Positions 1-8,153 are shown, counted from the first letter of the stretch. The stretch is 32,000 nt of DNA from Coprobacillaceae bacterium (GCA_963675515.1 OY776328.1:1950001-1982000); one strand, 5' to 3'. Numbers and translations: made by a program. The notes: generated by a model from the sequence alone, not told the origin.

Positions 1-443
1 GCATCATTGAAGGAAATAGTGGCATTAGCAACGTCCAAGATGACATCATTGTAGGTAAGCAGATGAAAATCCTTGGCAAAACTGTATGTTCTGCGTAGAA
101 TTGCCTGGATTTTGGCCGTGATGACATTCAAATCAAAGGGTTTGTTTATAAAATCATCACCGCCCATGTTCATTGCCATCACAATATTCATGTTTTCATT
201 AGCTGAGGAAATGAAGACAATTGGAATCTGCGAGATATTTCTGATTTCCCGGCACCAGTGGTAGCCGTCAAATGAAGGCAAATATATGTCCAGCAAAACC
301 AGATCCGGAGCAAAAGCTGAGAAGTCAACTAGGACATTATTAAAATCAGTTATACAATTAACCTGATAACCCCATTTTTCCAGATGATTTTTAAGCGTTG
401 AAGCAATGACACTGTCATCCTCAACTATCATGATTTTATACAT
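1..443 (-). CDS. Response regulator, CheY-like receiver plus start of OmpR-type output domain (partial, 3' end outside window)
   Basis: Minus-strand ORF open to the left edge, so it is absent from the ORF track. ATG at 441-443 is preceded by AAGGAGAG. My translation reads MYKIMIVEDDSVIASTLKNHLEKWGYQV...DLVLLDIYLPSFDGYHWCREIR...GGDDFINKPFDLNVITAKIQAILRR, which carries the receiver-domain acidic pocket, the phospho-Asp context and the conserved KPF. Confidence 0.85.
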   Translation of the reverse strand, partial: MYKIMIVEDDSVIASTLKNHLEKWGYQVNCITDFNNVLVDFSAFAPDLVLLDIYLPSFDGYHWCREIRNISQIPIVFISSANENMNIVMAMNMGGDDFINKPFDLNVITAKIQAILRRTYSFAKDFHLLTYNDVILDVANATISFND

Positions 444-664
444 CCCTAACTCTCCTTTGCTTACGTGGAATGGCAACATTATTCCCGACACTTTTATAAA
501 AAGCGTTTAGAAGTGGTAAAATTTAGCAGAAATAAAGCTAGATTAATCTATTCGAACATTAGTTATAAATTGCTTTAAATGATGAATCCGAATAGTTACC
601 TCCGGGTCGAATGTAATAAATTCCGATATTGTTCTCATACTCTTATACTATAGAAAAGTACCCA

Positions 665-1377
665 TCACAATACGATATTTGCACTCATCAGCTCTGCCTG
701 CTTTATGACTGTATTAATAGCATTTTTTGCTTGGTCTGGCGGATATTTGTATTTTCTTAGCAAGTGCTTTACCTGAGTTCTCACATAGGCTCTTGCAGAC
801 TGTTTTTTATCCCAGTCAAGCGTTCTGCTTTTTTGAATCAATGTAGTTAATTCGTGCGCCATTTCGACTAAAATAGCATCCACCATATTTTGTAGGACTT
901 TTGGGTCTGCAACAAGCGCATCATAAAATGCCAATTCTTCAGGTGACAAACCTTTTTCGTTACCATCAACATAGGCCTCAGTCATTTCTTTTGAAAGAGT
1001 CAAAAGCTCTTCAATAACTTCTGCACTTGTTATCATTCGATTGTTATAGCGTTTCAAAACATTTTGCGTTTTTTCAGAAATAAGTTAGGCATTAACCGCA
1101 CCGGTTCTTGCAAATATTCGGATATTATATTCTTACATGATACGCAATAGTTCTGCTGCAATATTTTTATTTTTCATTTTCCGTACTTGTGCCATATACT
1201 CATCCGAAAGTAGTGAAATCTCCGGATTTTTTTGCCTGAATGTTCAAATACGTTTACCACACCATCCTGTTGAATCGCTTGTTCAAGCATCTTCATAATG
1301 CGAGCATTAATTTCATTGGAAGTGATTTTTCCTTTTCCACAACTTTGCATATTCCAGCCATAACGGATATTATACAA
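665..1377 (-). pseudogene. hsdR: Type I restriction enzyme HsdR, C-terminal remnant (frameshifted, with in-frame stops)
   Basis: Three frames must be joined to read HsdR C-terminal consensus. The pieces are ...QDGVVNVFEHSG, then KNPEISLLSDEYMAQVRKMKNKNIAAELLRIM*, then SEKTQNVLKRYNNRMITSAEVIEELL...LSPEELAFYDAL...KYKYPPDQ. There is a frameshift in the T7/A7 run at 1227-1233 and in-frame TAA stops at 1133-1135 and 1085-1087. The helicase/nuclease N-terminal ~750 aa is missing. Confidence 0.75.
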
Positions 1378-1420
1378 GATTCTAACATGTCCTTATCTTC
1401 TTGTCTAATTTAGTATAACT

Positions 1421-1523
1421 TATCCACTTGTCAATAATCAAGCAGATAAAATAGCACAATTCTCCAACGAAAATTGCATTAACTATTGGCAAAAAAGTTC
1501 GACGCACATGTGCTAATGGTGCC
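1421..1523. repeat. Copy A of a ~100-bp direct repeat (partner at 2612-2713)
   Basis: Hand alignment of tatccacttgtcaataatcaagcagataaaatagcacaattctccaacgaaaattgcatt...gtgctaatggtgcc against 2612-2713. By eye roughly 80-85 percent identical with one 1-nt indel. Confidence 0.8.
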
Positions 1524-1700
1524 ATTTGATAAATTATCTGCTTAATAAGCGGTTTCTTTGTGTTTTCAAACAGGGATCCATTGATCACTAGTCGAAGTAT
1601 ACCTATTTTCAAAAACACAAATTAAATTATATGTATTTCAAATTTTCGATACTATCTCTAAATTTACAGCGTTGCAATTAATCTATTTTCTCAAAGAAAG

Positions 1701-2243
1701 CTATTTATTCACATTCAGCCATACCTCTTTAGTAAGTTCGTAACCAAGACAGTGGACTATGTCCCCATCATCGGAATCAATTTTGCGTTTCTCAATTTCA
1801 TCTTTTACATAGATAAATCCAAGCTTGTCCAGGACATTTGCGGAAGCTATATTCTCTTTTTCGAAGCAGGCACAAATTTTGTCAATCGAGGTCTTATCAA
1901 ATAAATAGTTGAATATTGATTTACATGTTTCTTGTATGTAACCTTGATGCTGAAAATTTTTTCCTAAAATATAACCAATTGTAGCATTATTATCACATAT
2001 GACTGCTTTGAAATTACCAATTATATTTTCGGGATTTTCCTTCTTTGTAATTGCGACATTAAGTATATTTGGATTACCGATATATGGAATTATTTGGGTT
2101 ACTAGTTTATTTCTAGTGCATTCCACGTTTGAGTGTGGATACCATGCCATATATGTTGAAAGTTGCTCATCGCAATAGAAGTTATTATACATACTATAAG
2201 CATCATCAATGATATAGTTTCTCAAAATTAGTCTATCTGTCAT
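1701..2243 (-). CDS. GNAT family N-acetyltransferase (RimJ/RimL-like)
   Basis: 180-aa ORF. The N-terminus MTDRLILRNY...D is typical of the RimJ/L subgroup, and the Q-H-Q-G-Y acetyl-CoA loop (FQHQGYIQE) and the C-terminal NxxSxxVLxKLGF motif are present. Confidence 0.85.
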   Translation of the reverse strand: MTDRLILRNYIIDDAYSMYNNFYCDEQLSTYMAWYPHSNVECTRNKLVTQIIPYIGNPNILNVAITKKENPENIIGNFKAVICDNNATIGYILGKNFQHQGYIQETCKSIFNYLFDKTSIDKICACFEKENIASANVLDKLGFIYVKDEIEKRKIDSDDGDIVHCLGYELTKEVWLNVNK

Positions 2244-2371
2244 AATATTTATGACGCATAATACTCAACCTCCCCTATATTGATTTATTACTCTATTAAC
2301 CATTTAAGTATCTTTTAAAGACCAAGCAGATAAACAAGCATTATCTTCGAACAAAAATGCCATTAGATAAA

Positions 2372-2503
2372 GAAACAGCGCCAGTTATCTATTGATTTTA
2401 ACATATTTTCAGGCGTAACCCAATATCGCATTGCCAGTCCAAATATAGTAGATGTACATGGCTCAGAACTCCTGTTTTCCCATTTAGAGACAGCTTGGTG
2501 ACT
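2372..2503 (-). pseudogene. XRE-family helix-turn-helix remnant (only the C-terminal half of the HTH)
   Basis: Minus-strand translation HQAVSKWENRSSEPCTSTIFGLAMRYWVTPENML matches the recognition-helix half of HTH_3 domains (consensus sQaavSkWEnGks.P.l.tl.klA..l.v..d.Ll). There is a stop immediately upstream and no helix 1-2. Confidence 0.55.
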
Positions 2504-2611
2504 ACATTATACTACATGGCTCTTTTCAATTATAGGTGTCGTATATTTTACGCTTACCGTTGTTTCAATGTTGCGAACCCAATTGGCTACTCCAACTGTT
2601 ATCCAATAACC

Positions 2612-2713
2612 TATCCACTTGTGAATGATCAAGCAAATAAAAAACACAATTCTCAATAGAAAATTGCATTAATTATTTGTAAAAAAGTTTGATTCACACG
2701 TGCTAATGGTACC
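2612..2713. repeat. Copy B of the ~100-bp direct repeat (partner at 1421-1523)
   Basis: Same alignment as copy A. Copy B abuts the stop codon of the GNAT gene at 2714 and contains stops in the frame that is open in copy A. Confidence 0.8.
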
Positions 2714-3229
2714 TCACAAATCTTTTTCCATCCTGATATCAGTGTGCCATTCACCATTACAGTAGGTGAAATCCTTGTATTCTGCAAAAGGAACGTATCC
2801 AAGTTTTTTGTAAAACTCTACCGCAGTCACATTGAAATCAAAAACTCCCAGCTCAATCCGCACCAGGCCCAACTCCAAAGCTTTCTGCTCAAGAAAAGAC
2901 ATCAACTTTGCACCATAGCCTTTTCCTCTGTAGGAAGGTTCACCAATAACAATTGAAATCCAAGCTGTATTTGGAACCTTTCTTGCCAGATGTCCTGGAT
3001 CAATCATGATCGAAACCTCCCCAATAGGAAGTGCTCCATCATATGCGATGAAATAAAACTTGTTTTTCAATCCTAGAGATTCCTTTATGTCTTCTGGAGT
3101 ACAGAATTCGAACGGACCTTCACTTAAATTGGGCTTGATTAAATGCTGGATGGTCTCATCGTTATACCAGTCTGCCATTGTCCGAATCAATTCTTCGTCA
3201 TCCGTCATTACTTGTTTGAATTTGAGCAT
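2714..3229 (-). CDS. GNAT family N-acetyltransferase
   Basis: 171-aa ORF with an SD-like AAAGGGA upstream. It has a GNAT core (IVIGEPSYRGKGYGAKLMSFLEQKALELG; R/Q-x-x-G-x-G/A motif) and the C-terminal A..FYKKLGY. Confidence 0.85.
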   Translation of the reverse strand: MLKFKQVMTDDEELIRTMADWYNDETIQHLIKPNLSEGPFEFCTPEDIKESLGLKNKFYFIAYDGALPIGEVSIMIDPGHLARKVPNTAWISIVIGEPSYRGKGYGAKLMSFLEQKALELGLVRIELGVFDFNVTAVEFYKKLGYVPFAEYKDFTYCNGEWHTDIRMEKDL

Positions 3230-3486
3230 ACTATATTCCCTTTCCCAATGGCTGCATAATCATAAAAATATTATCTAACCTTCAGCTCCAAACATTTTAT
3301 TTAATAATACATATCTATTTGCGGCATATTGGAAAACAAACATACCACGTATTTGATAGATTATACTGATGGAGGCTTAATAACTGGATAAGATAAATGT
3401 ATCAATGATGTTTTCATCGAAATCAACAGTAAGAGTGATTCCTGAAATATCCAGAAATGCCTGTTTCCATGGTGGTCATCAAGCTA

Positions 3487-4119
3487 TTATTGCTTCTTGT
3501 CCCTTGGTTCACGTTTTAGATGAGTGCCGTCACAGAAAGGTTGGTTTTTGGTTCTGCCACAGCTACAAAGGCAATAATGCTCCTTGGACACTGGTTGGCG
3601 CTGATCAATCAGTTCCACCGATCCCTGGACAACATAAGGACCGTGTCTGACAACCTTGATTGATGGTTCATCGCAGAAATTATCGAAGGTCTCGCCATTG
3701 ATGGTATAACTCAAAGCTCCAGAATGGCATTTTTTTATCGTCGCAATTATATTTTCAACCGTGTCGCCATCAGGATTGATCCAGGGGCACTTTCCCATAT
3801 CAAATACAGTCGGCAATTCCAGATAACATGTTCCTGGGTGAGAACATGCCCTCCGATTGTCATTGATGGTTATTTCTTTGCCAACGTAGGATTTGAATCT
3901 GCCATCACGCACTTTTACCCTGTTCTCTATGAATCCGGCATTGACGTGAGCGCCGTCGCAAAACGGTTTGGTTTTGCTCTTGCCACAGCGGCAAAGGCTA
4001 GTCTGGGATTCGACTGGGATAGTGGTGCCATTTCTACCGATTAGTTCGGTCAGCCCTTTGACCATGAAAGGACCGTTGATTATCGTCTTTATTTTTGGTT
4101 TTTCACCCATAGGTTTCAC
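3487..4119 (-). CDS. CDGSH iron-sulfur domain protein (CDGSH - divergent 4Fe-4S mono-cluster - CDGSH)
   Basis: Two exact CDGSH signatures, CRCGKSKTKPFCDGAH and CSCGRTKNQPFCDGTH. They flank a Fer4_19-like segment, CSHPGTCYLELPTVFD...CPWINPDG...CHSGALSY. Confidence 0.85.
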   Translation of the reverse strand: MKPMGEKPKIKTIINGPFMVKGLTELIGRNGTTIPVESQTSLCRCGKSKTKPFCDGAHVNAGFIENRVKVRDGRFKSYVGKEITINDNRRACSHPGTCYLELPTVFDMGKCPWINPDGDTVENIIATIKKCHSGALSYTINGETFDNFCDEPSIKVVRHGPYVVQGSVELIDQRQPVSKEHYCLCSCGRTKNQPFCDGTHLKREPRDKKQ

Positions 4120-4244
4120 CGCCTCCTATTGACATATAGCTTGAAATTATATTGAATCAGCAGAATTGGACATTATCGCATCATCTCTTTTTAAGAGGAT
4201 TTTGTTTATCAAGGTAGACATACCAAAATGATAGATATTGAAAT

Positions 4245-4496
4245 CTACTTATAATCATTATTTTTCAGATCATCGATTATCACTACGTTGCAATTATCAC
4301 ACTTATAGGCTACTACCACTCCACCACGCATATATGTATACTTACCTAGCCTGGTTTCGTATTTTTCCACTTTATGGCGTAATTTTGATAATCTAAGTCT
4401 TTTTTCTTTCGGTGTCCAAGCAATACTCGTACCCAAGGTTTGAATATAGCCTTCAGCCATTTCCCGTTTACAATAAGGACATTCCTTTAGCTTCAT
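4245..4496 (-). CDS. Small zinc-ribbon protein (CPYC...CDNC), uncharacterised family (possibly DUF6487-like)
   Basis: The internal ATG at 4496 is preceded by GGGGGAAG with a 4-nt spacer. That gives an 83-aa product, MKLKECPYCKREMAEGYIQ...YKCDNCNVVII. The track start at 4565 has no RBS. Confidence 0.6.
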   Translation of the reverse strand: MKLKECPYCKREMAEGYIQTLGTSIAWTPKEKRLRLSKLRHKVEKYETRLGKYTYMRGGVVVAYKCDNCNVVIIDDLKNNDYK

Positions 4497-4770
4497 TCGA
4501 CTTCCCCCTAACATTGGTACATTCCACAAAGATATATTATCATAATTTACAACAAGCTTGTACATTTGGAACTAAAAATTCTTTTGAAATTGGTTTTTAG
4601 CCGTTAGTATCAGCTAGAAAATCAATTATTTACCGATTTGTGCAGCAAAACAATAATCCGTATCATTTCATTCCGGTTAGATTAAAAACCCGTTTTGATC
4701 GTTACTGTCGACAATACTCTTTTTCTTAGGTTGACAATTGAGAAAACTAAATTTCCAGTTGGAAAAAGGG

Positions 4771-6090
4771 TCAAAAATACGCATTGATCAGCTCTGGAAT
4801 TTCGTATCTTTCATTCAACTCAACATAGAGCACCCGATTGTCCTTGATCATCACAAAGCTGTTGTCAATGCCATAACCGGAATCTATCTTTGATGACTCA
4901 ATCTCATCCATTGACAATATGGCAGCAGCATATGACTTGTATTCAACGTCACGATTGGAGTCGAATGGTTCTGTCATCGCCATGAGTTCTTCTTCAGAAG
5001 GAATCCTGCTGTCATGTTCTGTCTGTTCGATCTGGTACTCGTAGATGGCATTTGCGATTGATGCATTCCTGCATTCATACAACCTTTCAATATAACTGTC
5101 ATTGTTTGCTTGATCAAGATCATCTCCGCCATCATCGCCATAAAAGCAAGATTCATCGTAGAAAATATCTTTATGGTAATATCCTTCATTGCTGGCTGAT
5201 TTTTGAACACTGCCGGTAGAATCAGTTCCACCAGTTTGTGATGACGAGAAAGGATCAAAAACATTGATTGCAAGAATAATCAGGGCGATAGCCAGCGAAA
5301 GTGAGCTGTGAATTTTTCTTTGTCGCTCATTCGATGAGACAAAGAGCTTCTTGCTGTATATTCTGGACAAATAGATGTTGATTCCTATAAGCGTCAACAC
5401 GATCACCAGAGTAACCGCCTTGGAAGACAATGAAACCCAGATCAAAAAAGGAATAATCATGATGATCACAACCGCCCTTGAAACATGGTAAAGAAACCTT
5501 ATAACGGCAAAGATTATCGGTGAAGTTTCAATACCTCTGGCTTGTCGGGAAAATTTTACTCTGGTATACATTCCCGCGGCCGCGCCGGATAATAGCGCAA
5601 TTCCTGATGAAATCATGAACAAACTATATAACAACAGGTATTTATACAAGATGGCCCCGCCTATGTCCAGTCGCACGCTGTCACTGGTGATTCCCCCGGG
5701 GTCACAAAATAAAATGAGAAGCAGACCCATTACTATTGAAAATACGATTTTCGGTGTTGCCAGCACATTTTTTATCGCGGCTGATTTGGCTACAGGATCA
5801 TTTTGCAGTTCTTCAATCTGCTCATCTTCGCTCAACCAGAAAGAAAAACTGCCGTAATTGTCGATAAAAGTATAGCCAAGAGAGCTAACCATTTCGACAT
5901 AGTCTTCATAGGCCGGATTGTAGTCGATGAAAAACCTCAGCTTTGCAGGTTCAATCCTGGTGAACCTGAACAGGAACATTCCCACTTTTTCAAGCCGCCA
6001 GCCCTTGGCGGCCTCTTTTTCAAATATTTCAATCCACGATTCCTCATCAAACATGCTGTAGTTGATGATCTTATATCTGCTTTTTATCAT
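4771..6090 (-). CDS. DUF2812 domain membrane protein with a long acidic C-terminal extension
   Basis: The N-terminus IINYSMFDEESWIEIFEKEAAKGWRLEKVG..FLFRFTR is typical of DUF2812, followed by several hydrophobic helices. It overlaps the padR 3' end by 20 nt, the classic padR-DUF2812 pairing. Confidence 0.75.
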   Translation of the reverse strand: MIKSRYKIINYSMFDEESWIEIFEKEAAKGWRLEKVGMFLFRFTRIEPAKLRFFIDYNPAYEDYVEMVSSLGYTFIDNYGSFSFWLSEDEQIEELQNDPVAKSAAIKNVLATPKIVFSIVMGLLLILFCDPGGITSDSVRLDIGGAILYKYLLLYSLFMISSGIALLSGAAAGMYTRVKFSRQARGIETSPIIFAVIRFLYHVSRAVVIIMIIPFLIWVSLSSKAVTLVIVLTLIGINIYLSRIYSKKLFVSSNERQRKIHSSLSLAIALIILAINVFDPFSSSQTGGTDSTGSVQKSASNEGYYHKDIFYDESCFYGDDGGDDLDQANNDSYIERLYECRNASIANAIYEYQIEQTEHDSRIPSEEELMAMTEPFDSNRDVEYKSYAAAILSMDEIESSKIDSGYGIDNSFVMIKDNRVLYVELNERYEIPELINAYF

Positions 6091-6394
6091 TGTATACCCC
6101 CATATAATGAGTTATCATCCGCTCCAGTCTTTCGACTTCAAGGTCCAGTTTTTTCCTGCCCTTGTAAGTGATCACGTATATTTTTTTCCGGTCGATTTCC
6201 TCAACCAGTTCGATGAAGCCATCATATTGAAAACGTCCCAGAAGCGTATAGAGCGTACCGGCTCCAACCTTGATTTTGTCTTCAGTCATTTTTGATATTT
6301 CATTCATGATTTCGTAACCATGACGCGGCCGGTCCAGCACAAGCAAGATGTAGAACATCTGCGGTGTCAAAGTGTCAAATTCTATCCTTGCCAT
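6071..6394 (-). CDS. padR: PadR family transcriptional regulator
   Basis: 107-aa ORF with the PadR winged-helix signature YILLVLDRPRHGYEIMNEISKMT...GTLYTLLGRFQYDGFIE. SD GGGGG lies 6 nt upstream of the ATG. Confidence 0.9.
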   Translation of the reverse strand: MARIEFDTLTPQMFYILLVLDRPRHGYEIMNEISKMTEDKIKVGAGTLYTLLGRFQYDGFIELVEEIDRKKIYVITYKGRKKLDLEVERLERMITHYMGVYNDKKQI

Positions 6395-6407
6395 ACAATA
6401 CCCCCTT

Positions 6408-6464
6408 TATATTGATTATCGATACACCTACTATTATACTCCCTTTATATCGATAATCAATATA
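6408..6464 (-). promoter_or_regulatory. padR promoter bracketed by a perfect 17-bp inverted repeat (candidate PadR operator)
   Basis: TATATTGATTATCGATA (6408-6424) and its exact reverse complement TATCGATAATCAATATA (6448-6464) are separated by 23 nt. Minus-strand TATAAT (6433-6438) lies between the arms, and TTGATT (-35, 6455-6460) lies inside the upstream arm. Confidence 0.5.
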
Positions 6465-6485
6465 TTTTGGAAACTTCATTTCTAT

Positions 6486-6512
6486 AAAAAACGGCTGAAT
6501 CCAGCCGTTTTT
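6486..6512 (-). terminator. Rho-independent terminator downstream of namA (bidirectional shape)
   Basis: aaaaACGGCTGaatcCAGCCGTtttt: a 7-bp GC-rich stem and 4-nt loop, flanked by an A-run and a T-run, 14 nt after the namA stop. Confidence 0.8.
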
Positions 6513-6526
6513 CTAAGACAATTAAT

Positions 6527-7552
6527 TTACTTTCTAAAAGCCCGGGCATATTGGAAAGGTATCATTTCGCCCAGCCCGGCTTTGGCAGCTTCCTGCATCG
6601 CAAAATAAGGATTGGCAAGCAAGCCCCGCCCGATGGCCACCAGGTCAGCCCTTCCGTTGTTCAGCGTTTCTTCGACCAGTTTGACATCATCAAGAAGACC
6701 GACTGCGATGGTTGACAAACCGACTTCCTTTTTGATTATCTCCGCCGGTTTTAGCTGATAGCCCGGGTAGACATGGTAGCCCGCCGCTCCGTTGCCCCCG
6801 GTGCTTACGTGGATCACATCGATGTCATCGCGGATCTTTTTTAATATCTCGACCATTTCATCCAGATCATAACCATCTTCAAGATATTCCAACGCTGATA
6901 TCCTCAGCCCCATGGTCTTGCTTGACGGCCACACGGACCTGATTGCATAAATGACCTCCTTCAAAAAGCGGATGCGGTTTTCAAGGTTACCGCCGTATTC
7001 GTCGGTACGATGGTTTGAATGCGGTGAAAGGAACTGGTTGATAAGATAACCATGGGCACCATGGATTTCAACCATATCGAAACCAGCCGCATCGGCCCGA
7101 CGGGCCGCAGCCTGGAAGGCAGCAACAATTTCCTTGATCTGATCCCGGGTCAACTCAGCAGGAACCTTGTATTTCTCATCGAAAGCGATGGCGCTAGGGC
7201 CAACTCCCTGGAGCTTGCCGTCATATTTTCGGCCGCCATGGTTGAGCTGGATACCCACCATGGTGCCGTAACTTTTGATTTTGGACACCAATCCTTGCAA
7301 GCCTGCAACCTGGCTGTCATCCCAAAGCCCGAGGTCCCCATCGGAAATCCGACCGTTTGGCATTACCCCGGTCGCTTCGACAATGATCAATCCGACCCCG
7401 CCAATCGCCCTGGAAGTGTAATGGGTGGTATGAAAGTCGGTGACAAGGCCGTCTTCTTTGGCCGAGTACATGCACATCGGTGGCATGACCAGGCGGTTTT
7501 TAAGCTCAAGATTCTTCAGAAGGTATGGTTCAAACAATTTCAGTTGTGACAT
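6527..7552 (-). CDS. namA: NADPH dehydrogenase, Old Yellow Enzyme family (YqjM/NamA type)
   Basis: 341 aa. LFEPYLLKNLELKNRLVMPPMCMYSA...HGAHGYLINQFLSP..N.RTDEYGG is the diagnostic YqjM-type OYE sequence. Confidence 0.9.
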   Translation of the reverse strand: MSQLKLFEPYLLKNLELKNRLVMPPMCMYSAKEDGLVTDFHTTHYTSRAIGGVGLIIVEATGVMPNGRISDGDLGLWDDSQVAGLQGLVSKIKSYGTMVGIQLNHGGRKYDGKLQGVGPSAIAFDEKYKVPAELTRDQIKEIVAAFQAAARRADAAGFDMVEIHGAHGYLINQFLSPHSNHRTDEYGGNLENRIRFLKEVIYAIRSVWPSSKTMGLRISALEYLEDGYDLDEMVEILKKIRDDIDVIHVSTGGNGAAGYHVYPGYQLKPAEIIKKEVGLSTIAVGLLDDVKLVEETLNNGRADLVAIGRGLLANPYFAMQEAAKAGLGEMIPFQYARAFRK

Positions 7553-7591
7553 GATATTCCACTCCTTTTCTTACTATTTTTAGATGTGATT

Positions 7592-7620
7592 TATATATTG
7601 TCATTGTATCACTTAATCAA
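7592..7620 (-). promoter_or_regulatory. Candidate sigma-A promoter of namA
   Basis: Minus strand reads TTGATT-17 nt-TATATA, about 40 nt upstream of the namA ATG. Confidence 0.4.
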
Positions 7621-7672
7621 ATCCATAACCACCGATATGATCATCCTCACTTTTAGTGATTGAAATTGAAAA

Positions 7673-7702
7673 TGACGCAGCTTTTTTTTATAAGCTGCGT
7701 CA
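7673..7702 (-). terminator. Rho-independent terminator downstream of ppnP
   Basis: An 11-bp perfect stem, TGACGCAGCTT / AAGCTGCGTCA, with an 8-nt loop, followed on the minus strand by TTTTCAATTT. Confidence 0.8.
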
Positions 7703-7730
7703 AAGGCATTATTATGCGATTTTCCGGTTA

Positions 7731-8039
7731 TTATTTGTATGAACAGCAGTAGTCAGCGAACTGAGACACTTTTACCTTGAACTTGCTGTTGGCTGCCACT
7801 GTGAAGCTTTCACCTTTGCTGTAGGTTTTGAATTCATCTTCACCTGGCAATGCGATATCCATCGCTCCGTTAAGGACTTCCATCAACTCTTCAGTAGCAG
7901 TCTTGAATTCGTATTCTCCAGCAAGCATGAATCCTAACGTTTTCTTTGTTCCATCAGGAAATTCAATTGTCCGGCTGCTTACTTTTCCATCAAAATAAAC
8001 GTTCGCTTCTTTTACTACATTCACGTTTTCAAATTTCAT
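7731..8039 (-). CDS. ppnP: Pyrimidine/purine nucleoside phosphorylase PpnP (UPF0345/DUF1255)
   Basis: [38 protein letters not shown]...E.MEV..G matches the PpnP family along its whole length. ATG at 8039 is preceded by GGGAGAG. Confidence 0.85.
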   Translation of the reverse strand: MKFENVNVVKEANVYFDGKVSSRTIEFPDGTKKTLGFMLAGEYEFKTATEELMEVLNGAMDIALPGEDEFKTYSKGESFTVAANSKFKVKVSQFADYCCSYK

Positions 8040-8080
8040 CTTATTCTCTCCCACTTGTTTCTGGCCCGAGTGCCATCATG

Positions 8081-8109
8081 ATTATACTATCATCCTGGAA
8101 ATTTTCCAA
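8081..8109 (-). promoter_or_regulatory. Candidate sigma-A promoter of ppnP
   Basis: Minus strand reads TTGGAA-17 nt-TATAAT. The -35 overlaps a small palindrome, GGAAAATTTCC. Confidence 0.5.
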
Positions 8110-8153
8110 GATGCAACTTGAAATTAGCTGAAAATCGCTTTGTTCCTCGATAA

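Noticed and set aside
73-264. A 63-aa plus-strand ORF at the left edge.
   Set aside because: It is antisense to the clearly coding response-regulator gene.
1382-1618. A 78-aa minus-strand ORF (GTG start).
   Set aside because: It has no SD. Its core is copy A of the ~100-bp repeat, and copy B carries stops in the same frame. It is probably a fragment of a former membrane-protein gene, so it is not reported as a CDS.
4974-5273. A 99-aa same-strand alternative-frame ORF inside the DUF2812 gene.
   Set aside because: It is nested in a longer ORF with family motifs, has no independent SD, and its composition looks like an out-of-frame artefact.
7052-7549. A 165-aa plus-strand ORF antisense to namA. 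Similar long antisense ORFs occur at 10252-10890, 12076-12858, 16620-17225, 17032-17559, 24156-24734, 29215-29619 and 23224-23673.
   Set aside because: Each lies entirely within a gene whose product carries unmistakable family motifs on the opposite strand. None has an SD, and their translations are low-complexity or Arg/Ser/Pro-rich. They are typical shadow ORFs.
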